A stretch of DNA of 38,832 nucleotides from Phoronis australis (taxonomy: Eukaryota; Animalia; Phoronida), in NCBI GenBank assembly GCA_002633005.1, contig NMRA01000250.1:536472-575303 (forward strand). The letters run 5' to 3'. Below are positions 37,042 through 38,832 of the stretch, piece by piece. Made by a program: the position numbers and the translations under genes. The notes under the pieces are model-generated. The model did not search any database. It saw only the letters and a list, made by a program, of their open reading frames with translations, and had not been told where the DNA came from. Positions within the stretch are counted from its first letter, which is position 1; the number at the start of each line of letters is the position of its first letter.

Positions 37042-37739
37042 CAGGGGCGGATCCAGGATTTTGAGTTAGGGGGGAGGGGGGGCAGGGCAGAGTATTAGCC
37101 AGGATTTTGCCTGTCAGACATTCGCACCCCCGAACTGCCTAATGGAATCTGGGAGAATTTTTAGGAAGCCATGGGCCCCTTGGCCCCCTTCCAAATCCGC
37201 CACTGGCCCAGCAATTTGTCTGTAAACATTTGCGCAAAGCACGATTGTAGATGCGCATAGCACCGAATGGGGGGAGGTCGGGAGGGGGATTTCTGTTTTT
37301 CCTCTAAAAATCAAGCATTTTCCTTGATTTCTGAAGTATTATCCAAAAAAAGGCAAAAAAAAACGCGGAGAACGTTTCATCGTCACTCAGATTCCATTTT
37401 CGTTAAAAAATGAAGTAATTTTCTTCATTGCACAGTGAAGCAGACGACGGAAACGGAGTCGTAGTGGACAGCGCCACTCCCGGTCGCCTGGGATATCGCG
37501 GGAGAGCCTATACTTAGCCATAGTTCCGTTACGATTGCGCTGTGTTCCGAATTTGACACTTGAAATTGGATCTAAGCCCTCCCCCCAAACACTAAAACTG
37601 CACACATTTAAATCTTGTTTCAGCCGTATAATTTTGATTACCGGGTTTAATTAATAAACTCAACATTTCCCTACGCTCTTGCTGTTTTATTTTTTGCGGC
37701 AGCCAAGGGGGGGCCTGGGCCCCCCTAAATCCGCTTATG
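37042..37739 (-). mobile_element. Non-autonomous element with CAGGGGCGGATCC.../...AAATCCGCTTATG termini (hAT-like MITE)
   Basis: Imperfect terminal inverted repeats with adjacent G/C tracts. An extra internal end (CCAAATCCGCCACTG) lies at ~37191-37205. Shares a ~205-bp core with 3704-3906. No target-site duplication found. Confidence 0.6.
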
Positions 37740-38832
37740 CTATGGAGTAACACTTTTCATTAACACCACCAGGATGTCACGCAACTAGTAATGTGACCAA
37801 TCAGATACCATAAAAATCATAAGCCCTGACACCAAAGCAAGCAGACAAATGTCAGTACATTAAAGCATTAAAGAAGCACCAGTAGCCATTTAATAAAAGA
37901 AATATAGACTGATCTATTGGGCAGATTAGGTTACAAAGACCTGAGAGGGACATATGCTGCATTTAAGGTGATTCATTGGCAAGCAGCTTCAAATGCTGTA
38001 ACAGCAATGAAAAGGGGTCCTCCAACTTTGGCTAATCTGTCGACCTACCGACAGGGCACAGTAGCACGAATGGTTATCACCGATTCTGTGTAAGCGATAA
38101 AGATGTTCACTAACATGTGCTGTCAATGAGACCAGTTGTGTATCCCTGATTTAGTAGCTTGAACGTGCTGCATCAGTTTAGGGGGACTCTTCCTCTTATC
38201 CGTGACTTTCTGGAACACAGGAAGCTGCTTGGAACCTCTTTAAAATGAATAGAATAGTTTAAATTCCTTTTATGCAAACACGATAATACTACATACAAAA
38301 CTCTTCAATCAAAATACGCATTACAGACAAAATTGTTTTCATGTTGACGTGCATAATACCAGGAAGAGATAACCAGGAAGGGACAACTGTTTTAGCGCAT
38401 TTTAACGTATTTTCAAAGGTGATTTAAAAAGTAAATGTTAAAGTAGTCTGGAATCCAAGCATTGTGTTTGAAAGCTTAACTCTTTAGCTATAAAATGACA
38501 CCACTTTTGTCCCCAAAGACTTCATATTAATGGCACTGGGATGCTTTGAACATGACTTGTTTTACCCTTCCAAAAGATGCCTCTTCCCAGGCATGTACTC
38601 GGGCACGATCCTCTTTTTTGAACCAACAGATGTCACTAATATATGCAAATGAGGCTCGCATCGTCTACGTCATACGACGTCATACGGCGCGAGCTTCCAA
38701 TTTGAACCCTCGAGTGCCTTTAGTGAATGACTTGAAACGCAGTTCTATCTGACTGGGCAGATCTAAGAAAATGAAGAACTCATCATGCAAGTCAATGTTC
38801 AAAGGACATTGAATGGTTTCACATGAAAATAC

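Noticed and set aside
38054-38090. tRNA/SINE A-box-like start GGCACAGTAGCACGAATGGTTA
   Set aside because: No B box or cloverleaf follows.

Overview
Eukaryotic (animal, probably invertebrate) genomic DNA with a 201-N gap at 3503-3703. I reconstructed two convergent, intron-rich genes by hand from GT-AG splice sites with consistent reading phase. The first is a DNAJC25-like J-domain co-chaperone on + (4821-16249, 11 coding exons, 336 aa). The second is an SLC5A3/SMIT1-like sodium/myo-inositol cotransporter on - (31630-17423, 14 coding exons, 715 aa). Introns and flanks hold a decayed Tx1/L1-clade LINE, a decayed Penelope-like element, several MITE/foldback elements, a ~135-bp satellite and a minisatellite. 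The most notable observations are: a palindrome made of two inverted, degenerate Penelope-type minimal hammerhead-ribozyme motifs; a minisatellite that repeats the DNAJC25 exon-6 splice donor seven times; an intron-containing SMIT1-like gene; probable overlap of the two 3' UTRs; and inverted copies of one element bracketing the two-gene block. I found no clearly new multi-gene system. Family assignments come from remembered motifs, not database searches.
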